Positions 45,181 through 56,813 of a DNA stretch of 64,000 nucleotides are shown one piece after another. Both the position numbers and the translations under genes were made by a program. Below the pieces are notes generated by a model that ran no database searches, was not told the origin of the DNA, and saw nothing but the letters and a program-made list of their open reading frames with translations. Numbering within the stretch: the stretch's first letter is position 1; each line of letters opens with the position of its first letter. Source of the DNA: Eledone cirrhosa (lineage: Eukaryota); assembly GCA_964016885.1 (NCBI GenBank), contig OZ024740.1, positions 165,106,001-165,170,000 of the forward strand, read 5' to 3'.

Positions 45181-45395
45181 CAACTAGAAATTGATTAACA
45201 TATAAATAAACATATGAAACTATCACAGGGGATAATTCTTACAAGTCTGTAAGCACACATAGCTAGGTAGGTAACTAAATAAAGTTAACTAGAACTTCAA
45301 AAATAGATACCTTATAATATAATTAATCTTCCCTGAATATCTTAATTTTGTATATATATATATATATAAACCACAGACCCTCCATCTCAACTCAC

Positions 45396-45431
45396 CTTTT
45401 GAAAAGCAGAAGAACTGCGAAACCGGTAAAG
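45396..45431 (+). ncRNA. Minimal hammerhead with compensatory U3:A8 core
   Basis: ctt-TTGAAAA-gcag aagaa ctgc-GAAAC-CG-GTA-aag; palindromic ACCGGT stem III. Confidence 0.62.
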
Positions 45432-45501
45432 AAACCAAATAAATATATATATTTTTAAAAAAAATAAGACTCCAGTTGCATTTTCGATTTCATCTCTTTT
45501 T

Positions 45502-45604
<103 letters not shown>

Positions 45605-46519
45605 CAATATCGGAGAAAGCTTTTTAGCGATACTCCGGCCAAATTCCAACTCACTCAACAAACATTAGGAAATAAGTGATTATTTTCCCAATTATGCGTT
45701 CGGGGTGCTAACTAAACGTATTGCGTGGAAAATTGGCTGTATTATTTCATATGAGACATATCGAATATATCTCTTCCCAGACGGACGTCTCGTTTCATTA
45801 TAGGATTCCTACAATTTGGGTTAAATTTACCAATTTATGTAGGAGCTTGTATAGCATCAATAGATGTATATTCAAGTGGGCTCCTATAATTCATCAGTGG
45901 GTGCCCCAATAATACTAATATTGATAATCTAACCAACATCAGTATTTAGCGATAATCATTATCTGTGCCTGAGCTATCTGTCAGGTTGCCAGTCCAGCAG
46001 TTCTAAAGAAATGCTTAAACTGATTCAAACATGAGGAAGTAAATTACCCCCCCCCCCCCCCCCAAAAAAAAAACCAAACAATACATGCGCATGGCAATGA
46101 ACTCTAAAAGGAATTCAGGCCACTGAACAGAACACTGGTGGAAGCTTCTCTGTTGCAAGATCTTCATTAGTTGTTATTTTGTAGTTTTTTCTGAGTTCCT
46201 TCAATATAAGGTTATTATGTTCGTCCTTTTGCATTCCGTATAGATTATTAGTTTTACAAGATTTTACGAGGATTTTCTCAGTATTTTCAAGGTTGTCTAT
46301 ATTATTCTTGAGGCCTTTAAGGTATTCCTGGCCTACAAATTTGTTTTTCTTGAATTCGATGTTTTATATAATAGATATTACTTCATTTTCAAATTCCATT
46401 AATAACGGTTTTTCAATTATTTACATATTCATTTGCATATTCATCCATAAGTTTGAAAAATCCGTTTGATAAGTTATGATTGTCCTTGACTATCTCAAAA
46501 TTTATAAAACACTCTTTGT

Positions 46520-46580
46520 ATTTTATCTGATGAAAGCGTACCAAAGTTTTTTGGTATCCTTGAAATATATATAATAGAAT
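46520..46580 (+). ncRNA. Type I hammerhead ribozyme
   Basis: attttat-CTGATGA-aag cg taccaaa gtt tttggta tc ctt-GAAA-TATATA-TA-atagaat, then AATAAA; the insert ends in (TA)n. Confidence 0.8.
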
Positions 46581-46625
46581 AAATATGGTTTTATAAATAT
46601 AGTTTCCATTTATTTAATATCATTG

Positions 46626-46670
<45 letters not shown>

Positions 46671-46689
46671 TTATATATATATATATAGT

Positions 46690-46747
<58 letters not shown>

Positions 46748-46849
46748 AGAATAATCTAAAGTTTGAAAGCGTTCTCTGTATAAAATATCTGAGAGTCACT
46801 CTCGGAAGAGCCACTACGTCTCCGAATTAAGAGATCACAGCTCCGAAAC

Positions 46850-47097
46850 TATCGGCATATGGTTAGAATGTCTTAGGAAAGAATCGCTGGACAGATTTTA
46901 CGGGCAAAATCAACTGGCAGGAGAGCCAGGAGTAGCCCGCGAGAAAGATGCTTTGCTAAGATAAATGAGCTCTGCTGGTCTCGTTTGTGGGTTCCAACCA
47001 GATCAGCTGGATACGGTTGCTTCTTACAAGACCTTCTAGAAGGGTGTTTGACCACTCTCAGGAATAAGTAGGGGATGAAGAAGATGAAGAAGAACGT
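46850..47097 (+). mobile_element. 3' end of an RTE-like LINE with degenerate (GAA)n tail
   Basis: Homologous to 61940-62153 (ctggtctcg..ccag..gatcag.tgg..acggttgcttct). Confidence 0.6.
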
Positions 47098-48242
47098 AAG
47101 TAACTTTAAAATGTTATGTCGACGAAATAAAATGATAATTTACTAATAAGTAATTTATAGCTAGGGAAACTTGCGTGCATGAAATGTACTCTGGAATAGT
47201 TATACGATTCGGGTGATCGAAGTAACATTGAAAGAGGAAAGCGGAATCGTTGCTTAACATTGTTAATGGATTTAGAATGTTTTCAGGCAAAATAAAAAGA
47301 GTTAGAGAAAAAAGAATAGATTATGTAATGTGGATGGCAGAATTGCAGAATATGTTAGTCAGGTAACAAATTTTATGAAAATATAGAAAAGTAAGGAAAA
47401 ATCAAAGGAAGAAATTAAGGATGATTTTACATTACTACTGCAAAAAACAAAGATGGCTTAGAGGATTAAATTACACATAATAGTAGTTTAGTAGCGTGTA
47501 TAAAAGAAGATAAGACAAAATGTTCAGTAAAAAGTATATAAAAAGAAATTAGAGACAGTCCTTGGATCAAATTTGACAAGACAAGTGTGATGGAAAAAAA
47601 ATAGAAATGTTACGTAAATACGAAAACAATAATGATCGTTTTACGTTTCTACACACAAAACGGAAATGGCTTTGAGGGCAAAATAACACATAATTGCAGT
47701 TTGGTAATATATATAGAAGAAGATATGACAAAACGTGTGCTAAAAGATTAAGTTAGGGAGAAACTAAGATAAGATGTAAAGAGGAGAAGGTATAAGATAG
47801 AAACGTAACGAGAGTATTAAGGAAATATAAAATATATAAATAGTAATAAGGAGATAAGGAATTAAATAAAAGAGAAAGAACCGTTAAATATCTACTAAAA
47901 TCCTCTAGAATTGACGTACAAGAAAATTATGTAAGATATTTACAGATGAGAAAAGAGAAAACGAAGCAGGTACATTACTTCTGCGGCATTATCCTAAAGG
48001 GAGTTCATAAAAATTGCAGTGAAATGAAGCAGAGATAGGCTAAAACTAGTTGAAGCTGAAGACAATTGTACAATAGTTATAAGTCCTAGTAACAGTATAC
48101 TTAGGGCTAAAATTGATACATGATACTTAAATGTTTTAAGTTATATCGAAATACAAATATCGATACAAGAGCAACTAAATATGTATGTATGTCTGTATGT
48201 ATTATTAATGTATGTATGTGTGTATGTATGTATGTATGTATA

Positions 48243-48852
48243 TGTCAGGTCACCAGTTGGTGCTACTGGTAACATGTATCCCAGTACAACCTGTCTCATG
48301 GTCGGGTCGTTGGCGACTAAACTGGCAACCCCACCAAGGTTTCTTGGTGAAGAGGGTGACTTTGGACATCCTGCAGGCCTAAAAACAAAACCTGTCAAAG
48401 GGCAAAGGAGCTCTTAAGAGTCAATGGCCATCCAAAATCACAGGGAAAGATGACCCCTTAGCCTTTGTCAAGGCAGAATTCTAGGAGAAGGAAAACTCTG
48501 ATATAACACCTGCAACCCTGATGGTATCCAATGATGTTGACTTGTTCTTCTTTTTGGTAAATATCATCTTGGTTAAGAGAGTGGGACTGGCTTTGTGCAG
48601 TGTCTTTGCCCACTATAAAAGCTTTACGGCACTGGCATTGCTTTATATCTGGTGATCTCTCTGCACTTGTCGTCACATGGTACCATGGGCCCAGCACTGT
48701 GTGTCAATAATTGTCACAAGTGTAGTGTTTGTACCAGAGTTTTCAAGTCACTAGCTGGACTAAAAAGTCACTCTCGTTCAGGGTATCGGTAGAGGTTCTC
48801 CTACATGGATATAAAGTATTGGCCGTACTCGAAAACGAGTTGGCAGCCACTA
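48243..48852 (+). mobile_element. ~610-bp unclassified interspersed repeat, copy 2
   Basis: Reverse complement of 32636-33248. Confidence 0.85.
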
Positions 48853-49369
48853 TGTATGTATATATGTATGTATGTGTGTGTGTGTATGTATGTATGTACA
48901 TACATAGGATTGCATACGAATGAACCAATTCTAGTTCTGTAGAGGTATTTTCAATATTAAATAAATATTTCTCTACTACCGTATTGTGAACTGTATTTAA
49001 CTATGGACACTTTCCGGTTTACTTCGTAAAAGCATCCATAATTACACACACACACACACATACACACACAGACACAGACACACACACGCACATACATAAT
49101 TTACACACACACATTCACACACATATATATATATATATATGTGTATATATATGTGTGTGTGCGTAAAGAGAGAGAGAAATGTAAGAAGCTGAAACCACTT
49201 AGCACCGTGGTCGGGATTTTACGTACCACTATACCCACTTTCCATCTCCCCATGCATTGAGTACTCCCAAGATTATTGATTTCCCCGGTGTCAATCCCAC
49301 AGTCTCTCTCTCTCTCTCTCTCTCTCTGCCTATCCCTCTTCCCCCCCCCCATATATATATATATATATA

Positions 49370-49465
49370 ATTGTTTCTACTTTAGGCACAAGGCCAGCAA
49401 TTACCCAGTGCATCACTGGTACTTTATTTTATCGACCCCGTAAGGATGAGAGGCAAAATCAACCT
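49370..49465 (-). mobile_element. SINE family A, 3' fragment
   Basis: Matches the 3' half of 3575-3763. Confidence 0.8.
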
Positions 49466-49479
49466 ATATATATATATAT

Positions 49480-49785
49480 AATAGAAAAAAGTAGGAAGTT
49501 TCGTTTACGTATGAAAAATATTTATTGTGTATCAACCTCTGACAGGCGTTTCACGCATGTGTTAAAATATGTATTTTATATATCTTTTGTCGCATCACCA
49601 ATCTAAGGAGCGGATCGATACTGGAGTCAGGTATATAACGGTTATGGGTCTCCTTGAGCCAATCCTCTGCGAAACGCGCGTAACAGGTCGATACGCAATA
49701 AATATATATTTCATATGTAAACCTCCTCGTTTTTTTATTATATACAATGTGCCTCTGCATAGTGCTTAATTTGGTACTAACACCA

Positions 49786-49787
<2 letters not shown>
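49480..49787 (+). mobile_element. Fold-back PLE-derived insert with degenerate hammerhead
   Basis: 49480-49551 is loosely inverted at 49670-49742; GAAAC-GCGC-GTA then AATAAA; (TA)n flanks. Confidence 0.55.
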
Positions 49788-49870
<83 letters not shown>

Positions 49871-49963
49871 TTAGTTAAGCAAAACAAGACCACAAATTTC
49901 ACAAGGAAGACATTATTAAAAGATTGTCAACATATTTTAGTTTGATGTAAGGAATGAAGAGAA

Positions 49964-49995
<32 letters not shown>

Positions 49996-50154
49996 ATAAT
50001 AATAATGTCCGTTTACAATTGTTTCGCTACTCCATATAATATTTCTGGATCAGATGACTATATATCATAATTGATCTGGTTCAGTTGAAAATAATTAACA
50101 TATTTAAAAGACAGAGCGGCTCATCGGAACTTCAGAGGAATATAAATTAAAATA

Positions 50155-50336
50155 ATTGTTTCTACTTTAGGCACAAGGCCAGCAATTACCCAGTGCATTA
50201 CTGGTACTTTATTTTATCGACCCCGTAAGGATGAAAGGCAAAGTCAACCTCGGCGGGATTTGAACTCAGATCATAAAGGGACGTAACTATGCTGGAAAGC
50301 ATGGCGTCCGACCCTCTACCGATACTGCCAATCCAC
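50155..50336 (-). mobile_element. SINE family A, full copy
   Basis: Reverse complement of 3579-3763; flanked by the direct repeat aatataaattaaaataat (probable TSD). Confidence 0.88.
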
Positions 50337-50574
50337 AAATATAAATTAAAATAATGAGAGAAAGTTACAAAATATAATGTTCAATATATTGGTTTTCCAC
50401 TATGGTGTCTTGGTTGCATGAGTTGTCAGCCATAATCAAGCAGTATTCATCTGCCGAGGCTGCATTGTGTGAGATCTGCCTATGGGTAACAAGCTTCTAA
50501 CTAATTCACCAATCTCTCCTCTCATATCTCCTCTCCTATCTCCATCTCTCTCTTTAAGATTGGTTACTCTTGAA

Positions 50575-50624
<50 letters not shown>

Positions 50625-50714
50625 AATGAGTTATAGAATTTGTTGGTATGTAATTAACAGAGTTCTGTTCATAGCAGATATGAAGCACTCAACAAGTAAA
50701 TTTATCTGGAGTAT

Positions 50715-50758
<44 letters not shown>

Positions 50759-51017
50759 TTTCTTTATTAACCACAAGGGTTTACATAAAGTAGACATTAA
50801 GGACAGTGCAGGACAATGCAGGACGGTACAAATGGGCATTTCTGCGTGTAAAAAACAAAAACAGAGGATGTAACAAAAATAACAATGAAAATAAAAATGA
50901 AAAATTCCCCAATAGGGGGGAGACTTCGGAGGGACATTTGTGGAGAAAGCCCATTAAAAAGCCACAATGACCCTGACCACCAAGGCAAGTGCCCTCTCCC
51001 AGTTTTCCACCTTTAAT

Positions 51018-54000
51018 TTACAGATATATACTCAGAGTAGGCCCATTCACTCGGGCCATTCTTGCTTCTCTCACCCATCTTTCAACAAAATGCTGGGAAG
51101 AGAGCACTTCCCTCTCTACTCTGATTTTCCTTTTCAAATGAAATTTGAAAAAGTCAATCAGAGCATCACCGAAGAGGTAAGTGCTCGTCTTCAGCCCTTT
51201 CAAACGTGTCCACCATACTATCTCTTTCGCCATGGCCACCAGACAGATAAAAACTGCCTGCCCTTCCCGGCTAAAGGAGGAGGGCGGGGCAATCCTCACG
51301 ATGGACTCAGATGATAGCTGGATCCGTCCTAAACGCGACAGCAGGTGTTCGACATAAACCCACAAGTCAGCAATTTTCGGACACTGGACGAGTGCGTGCA
51401 GGACGGTTTCGTCGCCCTGCGCGCATCGCGGACATGCCCGGCTGACGGCACCTCCATGCCTGTAGAGTTTATCCCGAACTGGCAAGGCGCCTCGGTAGCA
51501 CTGCCAGGCCAGAGATTTCTGGAAGTTGTCCATAGGCCCTGGCCCGAAAGTTCTTCCGAAGAGATTGGCTAGTTGATTTTCATCGACGCCTAGAGTTTCC
51601 CCAAGTACGTCGTCGCTCTTCCCCTCCACTAATCCTCTATAGAACGCCGAGGTGGAGTTTCCACCGATCACATTGCCCGATTGGTCGAGGGCTGTGAGCG
51701 CCTGAAGACATTCCAGTCTCCAGGCGCTCCCTCTCGGTCTTCGCTTGACCCAGGACTGCAGCTCCGTCAAGGAAACGAGCTGGGGAAAAACGCGTCTAGC
51801 AAACGGCGACCACACCTGATCACCGTCGAGGAAGAGGTGGAGATGTCGTAGCCTGAGCGCGTGCCTGCGCATCATCAGCCACGGCATGCCCAGCCCTCCA
51901 CGTAGCGGGTGTTGACAACAGATGGACCGCCTGACCATCGGAGCACGTCCCTTCCACAAAAAGCGAAAGAGCAAACGCCCCAGCGCAGTCAGGCGAGGCT
52001 TAGGACAAGGTACGACGGTTAGGCGGTAGCAGATCACAGACGCGATGTACTCGTTAGCCACCTCCGCTCGACCTTTCGGGGATAGCTTCCTCTCCGCCCA
52101 TTTCTGGGTGAGAGAAGCCACCCTGCTCGTCACCTCGTCCCAGTTTTTGTCCATCTGGAGGTCCGGACCGAACCAGACCCCTAGCAATTTAACCGGTCCG
52201 TCCGTCCAGCGCCCGACGACGCTGTTGGACGGCATGGACCTGCCTCTCCAGGTGCCGAGCTGCAGGCCCACTGACTTTTCCTGGTTGATCATTGCTCCTG
52301 TCACCGCTTCGTATTCTCTTAGTGTAGTGCCGATCGCCTCGATGTGTTTGGCGTTCGACACCACTACGGTGACATCGTCCGCATATGCTGACACGGATAT
52401 TCCGCATCCTAGTTCGCGCGGGACTCCCCTCAACGTCTCCAGTTTGTGCAGTAATGGCTCGAGAGGCAATACGTACAAGAGGGACGAGAGGGGACATCCT
52501 TGGCGGACCGAGCGCATGATGTTGAACGGTTCCGACAGGTGACCGTTCACTCTCACCACAGAGCAGATGTCGCTGTGCATGGCAGCGATCCAGCCTCTGA
52601 AGACGGGCCCAAAGCCAGCCGCCCTCAGTACTGCCGCTAGGTAACGATGGTCGACCCTATCGAAAGCTTTCGACTGATCTAAATTGATCAAGGACCCACC
52701 CGTGCCAGGTTCCCTAGCTACCCTCTCTACGATGTATCGCATGAGGTGGAGGTTGTCGTGGATGGATCTGTCGGGAATGGCGCATGTCTGCGCCTCTCCC
52801 ACCAGACCACCAACGACAAGCGCCAACCTCTTTGCTAGCACCTTGGCCAAAATCTTAAACTCTGTGTTTAGCAGAGTTATGGGCCGGAAATTTTCTATGT
52901 TATCCCCCTTGTTCGGATCCTTTCTCAGCAGTGCCACCGCTCCTCGGCTCACAGAACTGGGAATTCTCCCGTTCTGTTGCCAGTTGCAGTAGACGTCCGC
53001 CAAGAGGCCTCCGAACAAGTCTGGCATCTGTACGTAAAGTTCATAGGGCAGACCATCCAAACCAGGCGATTTACCCCTTGTGCAGCCAGTCATTGCCTCC
53101 CTTACTTCAGCGGCTGTTATCGGCTTTTCGCAACACTTCGCCTCAGTGGCCGAGAGCCGCGGCAGTCCGTCGAGGTAGACACTAAAGTCCATCCCTCTAC
53201 CCCCCCCCCCCCCCCGCTGCCCCCGAACAGCTGAGCGAAGTGTCGCTGAAAAGCTTCACACATTTGCCCGGGATCGAGTAGCATGCGCCCGTCGTGGTCC
53301 ACCAAAGACCGGATCGTGGCATTGTTGCCACGACGCGCCTCCGCCACTCGGGCCCATTGAACGGCTTTCGTCCCCTCGTGTCTGAGAGCACGCACCCTAG
53401 CTCTGACAACGCAGCCTTCGTGCTTTGCATTGAAGAATTGGTCAAGGGCCAATTTCGCCGCAAGCACGTCGGTCGCAATGCCTTTGCTAAGCGCCTCGTC
53501 TAATTTTCTAAATAGTTCTCCCTCTGCTCTATTTTTCTCTATTGCTAAACCTAATCGATTCTATTCTAATCGCTCTTTTCAGAGCAAACCACCACTTGTT
53601 GTTGACGATGGCCCCCGTCAACGCCCGCTTAACTAGTTCGCTAATCCGGTCTCTGTAGGCCTTGCGCGCTGGTAAGGACGCGTTTAGCTTCCAGTAGCCG
53701 GGTCCTCGTCTATGAAGCCTATCTAAGTCAAGCACACAGGTCACGAATTTGTGGTCCGTGTAGCTGACTATCTTGAATTGTGGACAGCCTATGCTAGACC
53801 TATCTATTTCGCTACAAAATACTCTATCTAGATATGATCTGGATGACCCTATGCGGTTTGTCCAAGTCCACACTGGCACATTCGGGAAATCCAATCGGTA
53901 CCTGTCAGACAGTTCAAAACGCCTGAGCAGGTTGGTGAGGCTCTTGCACCCTCCACCCCTATCCGCTAATCCCACACAGTCCCAGCGTGCATCTAAGATC

Positions 54001-54417
54001 CCGTTCCAGTCGCCCACTAACACTAAAGAGCGGGACGTTCCAAGAAAGGTCTCCAGACGCCGGAAGAAATCAGGCCGCCCTGCTCCTGTCGGGGCATAGA
54101 CGGCCACTAGCCTGAAAGCTTGCCCGTCTCCGCTGGTCACGTCCAGCACCACCAGCTTACCCTCTGGGTCCAGGAAGATGGCCCGTATGGCGAGATCCAA
54201 ACCTCTCCGAAAAAGCACAGCAACTCCTCCACCCGATCCAGGACGGCTGGGAGATGCGTACACATCGTAGCCGCCGAAGATCGGTGCGAAGGCCCGTGCT
54301 TCGGAGATTCTGGTCTCGCTGATGGCCACTACATCTATGTTTAGTGACCTGAGGTCGTTGAGCAGGTGACCCTGCTTCCATGACGACCCCAAGCCACGCG
54401 CATTTATGCTGCCTATT
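51018..54417 (-). pseudogene. LINE ORF2 (APE endonuclease, RT, CCHC) with two frameshifts
   Basis: IGSINARGL, SET, VYAP, GDWN, YLDR, TDH (APE); KSPGLDG, RPITLLN, KAFDRV, RQGCPLS, YADD (RT); CPRC..ETVLHALVQC; frameshifts near 53540 and at the poly-C run 53200-53225. Confidence 0.93.
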
Positions 54418-54466
54418 CTGAGTGAGGTTATGTTTAAAATAGAGTGGAAAAGATGGGAAAGACCAC

Positions 54467-56566
54467 TTACCGTACTTTTGGTAGAGGAGGGATGGTTTTT
54501 ACATCCCTTTTCACTTGATCGTCTGGTGAAGGGACCGTTGAATCGTCCCTTCGGCTGGTCGTCGGCTCTTCTAAGAGAATGTCTGAATATACTCTTCGAT
54601 TGATGGTTCCTCCTAGGTCCCTGAAATCACCAACTTCGTTGGGGAATTTCGTTTTAATGTTTGTGTATTGTTTCTGAGCTATTTTTAGCAGTCTTATGTT
54701 AGTTGGCGTTTTGATTGGTGCTGGTATTATGTAGTCCTGTTGTGAAATGTCTGTGTGTTCAATTATATAAGTCATTAGTTTCTTGTTGTGTGTGTTTATT
54801 GCCGTGCATTTGTTTTTCTGGGGGTGGGGTGTGGTTCTGCTATTTTCTTGTCGTTGTTGCTGGGTGTGTGTGTTTTGTTGTTGTGTTTGCGATGTTGGTG
54901 CTTGTGGTGGTGGTGTTGAAGGTGTTGTTGGCGGTGGGGTTGTCGCCGGTGGTGATGGTGGTGCTGGTGTGGGTGGTGATGGTGTTGGTGGTGTTGCTGC
55001 TGTGGGTCTCTTTGCAGTAGACTTTACCCTTTTCTCATTTCTTTCCTCCCTTTTCAAAGGCGACGATGCGCTGCTTCTGCGTTTGTGCCTTCTTGCGACC
55101 TTTTGCCATCCCTCTCCCACCTCACACTCCATGTCTGATTCTGTGAGGTCGGGGAGGGGTACCAGCTCCACTCTTTCACTTGTTGTTGTTGGTGATGTTT
55201 GCACTGGAGTCTCTGTTGCAGCTGCATTTGGTATTGCTGTTGTTGTTGTTAATATTTCCACTGCTGCTGCTGTTTTTGATTTCCGTGGAGTGGGTATGGA
55301 TGCCACGGACCTATCGTTCCTGGTTGCCGCTTGTCCTGTTGCTGGTAGCCGTGGAGCCGGATTCGGAAGGAGGGGGGTTTTCTCCTTTCTCAGGGTCTTC
55401 TCGTTGCAGAAGGCCCTGAGGTGAGTCTTCGATCCACAGCGAAAGCATTTCGGGCGTTTGCCCTCAACACTTATGGGCAGTTGAGTGCCGTTATCGAAGT
55501 CTATCACATCCGGGATAGCTTCGATGCACTCCTGGTTGGTTTGGATTAGCATCTCAATGGAGGAGCCGACCCAATCTTCTCTTACTTTTTTCTGTACTTG
55601 CAGTACAGTTGTTTTGTCCTCGATTCCGACGAGGACAGACGCGGCCAGCCAAGAAGGGGTCATTCCGGGGGGGACGTGGGTCAGTTTGACCCTCACAATT
55701 TTTTGCCCGCAGTAGGAGGGCACCAACACCATTTCCTCGCTCCTTAGGGTCACTACTGATTGGGCCTTTGCCTCCTGGGGTGTGGCAAAAAGTACGTCTA
55801 CGGTGGCATATTTTTTGCCTCGGGTGATGTGCGTTTTCCGCTGCCACACAGACCCCAAGGCTTTTTGTATTTGGGCCTCTGTGGCTCTTTCCACCCTACG
55901 GGATTTTGTACTTACTGTACGGTACGTGACCGTACAGTGCTCTTGGGTTTCGAAAATTTTTTCCGCTGCCTTGCAGATTGCTCGGTGTCCGTTCTTTGTC
56001 ACCATCTTCTTCGCTTCCTCTAATTCCTCATTTGTTATGAGGATTGTTTCCAAGTTTTTCGCAATACCTGCAAATGAGATTGGTTTTTCTCTGCTGTTGT
56101 TGTTGTTGTCGTCAGAGCTGCTGGTACTTTTGTTGTTGCTGCAGGTACTACGACTACTGCCTCCGCCGCTGTTGCTGTGGTTGTTGTTGGTGTTGCTGCT
56201 GCTAATGCTGTTGTTGTTTATGCTGCTGGTGATGCTGTTGCGGCTGCTACTGTTGTTTTCATTGTCACTGTTGCTGTTGTTATTACGGCTGCTACTGCTA
56301 TTATTCCTGACGTCAGACGAATGAACTGGGTTTTCGTATTTCCCGCACACCTGTTTCGTCGCTGTCGTCGTCGTCGTGGAGAAACCTTGCACGCTTTGCA
56401 CGAGACTTTTCTTTTCTTTCGTCACTTGCGAAAGAGAAGGGAGGGAGAGAGACACATTTAAAGAAGGGAGGGAGAGAGACAATCTTCTCTCTGCTGTAGT
56501 GATGATTGAGGAAGAAGAAGACGGAATGAGTGGAAGTGACGTATGAAATTTCTTTTTCGTAGCCAT
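54467..56566 (-). CDS. LINE ORF1 protein (Gag-like with zinc knuckle)
   Basis: 699-aa intact ORF; CFRCGSKTHLRAFC (CX2CX4HX4C); N/S-rich and P/T-rich low-complexity tracts. Confidence 0.88.
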   Translation of the reverse strand: MATKKKFHTSLPLIPSSSSSIITTAERRLSLSLPSLNVSLSLPSLSQVTKEKKSLVQSVQGFSTTTTTATKQVCGKYENPVHSSDVRNNSSSSRNNNSNSDNENNSSSRNSITSSINNNSISSSNTNNNHSNSGGGSSRSTCSNNKSTSSSDDNNNNSREKPISFAGIAKNLETILITNEELEEAKKMVTKNGHRAICKAAEKIFETQEHCTVTYRTVSTKSRRVERATEAQIQKALGSVWQRKTHITRGKKYATVDVLFATPQEAKAQSVVTLRSEEMVLVPSYCGQKIVRVKLTHVPPGMTPSWLAASVLVGIEDKTTVLQVQKKVREDWVGSSIEMLIQTNQECIEAIPDVIDFDNGTQLPISVEGKRPKCFRCGSKTHLRAFCNEKTLRKEKTPLLPNPAPRLPATGQAATRNDRSVASIPTPRKSKTAAAVEILTTTTAIPNAAATETPVQTSPTTTSERVELVPLPDLTESDMECEVGEGWQKVARRHKRRSSASSPLKREERNEKRVKSTAKRPTAATPPTPSPPTPAPPSPPATTPPPTTPSTPPPQAPTSQTQQQNTHTQQQRQENSRTTPHPQKNKCTAINTHNKKLMTYIIEHTDISQQDYIIPAPIKTPTNIRLLKIAQKQYTNIKTKFPNEVGDFRDLGGTINRRVYSDILLEEPTTSRRDDSTVPSPDDQVKRDVKTIPPLPKVR

Positions 56567-56781
56567 GTTGTTTTTTGTTTAAAATGAAATTTTGGGTACA
56601 AAACCCCAATAACTGGTTATTTAACCCCGAAGGGCCAAATAACGGACAGAAAGACCCCTCTCACAAGGAGGAGGGTGTCTTTATCAACAATTTGGTTCAA
56701 GTTTTAAACAATTTACAATTGTTTTAACGGTTAAACATTACTATAACTTACAGAGCCGAGCCTCCGTCAACCATGGCATTC

Positions 56782-56809
<28 letters not shown>

Positions 56810-56813
<4 letters not shown>

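Larger units (their letters stand above)
50757..56780 (-). mobile_element. Near full-length Tx1/L1-clade non-LTR retrotransposon
   Basis: ORF1 plus APE-RT-CCHC ORF2; AATAAA at the 3' end followed by (ATT)n; (AAT)n at both flanks. Confidence 0.95.
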
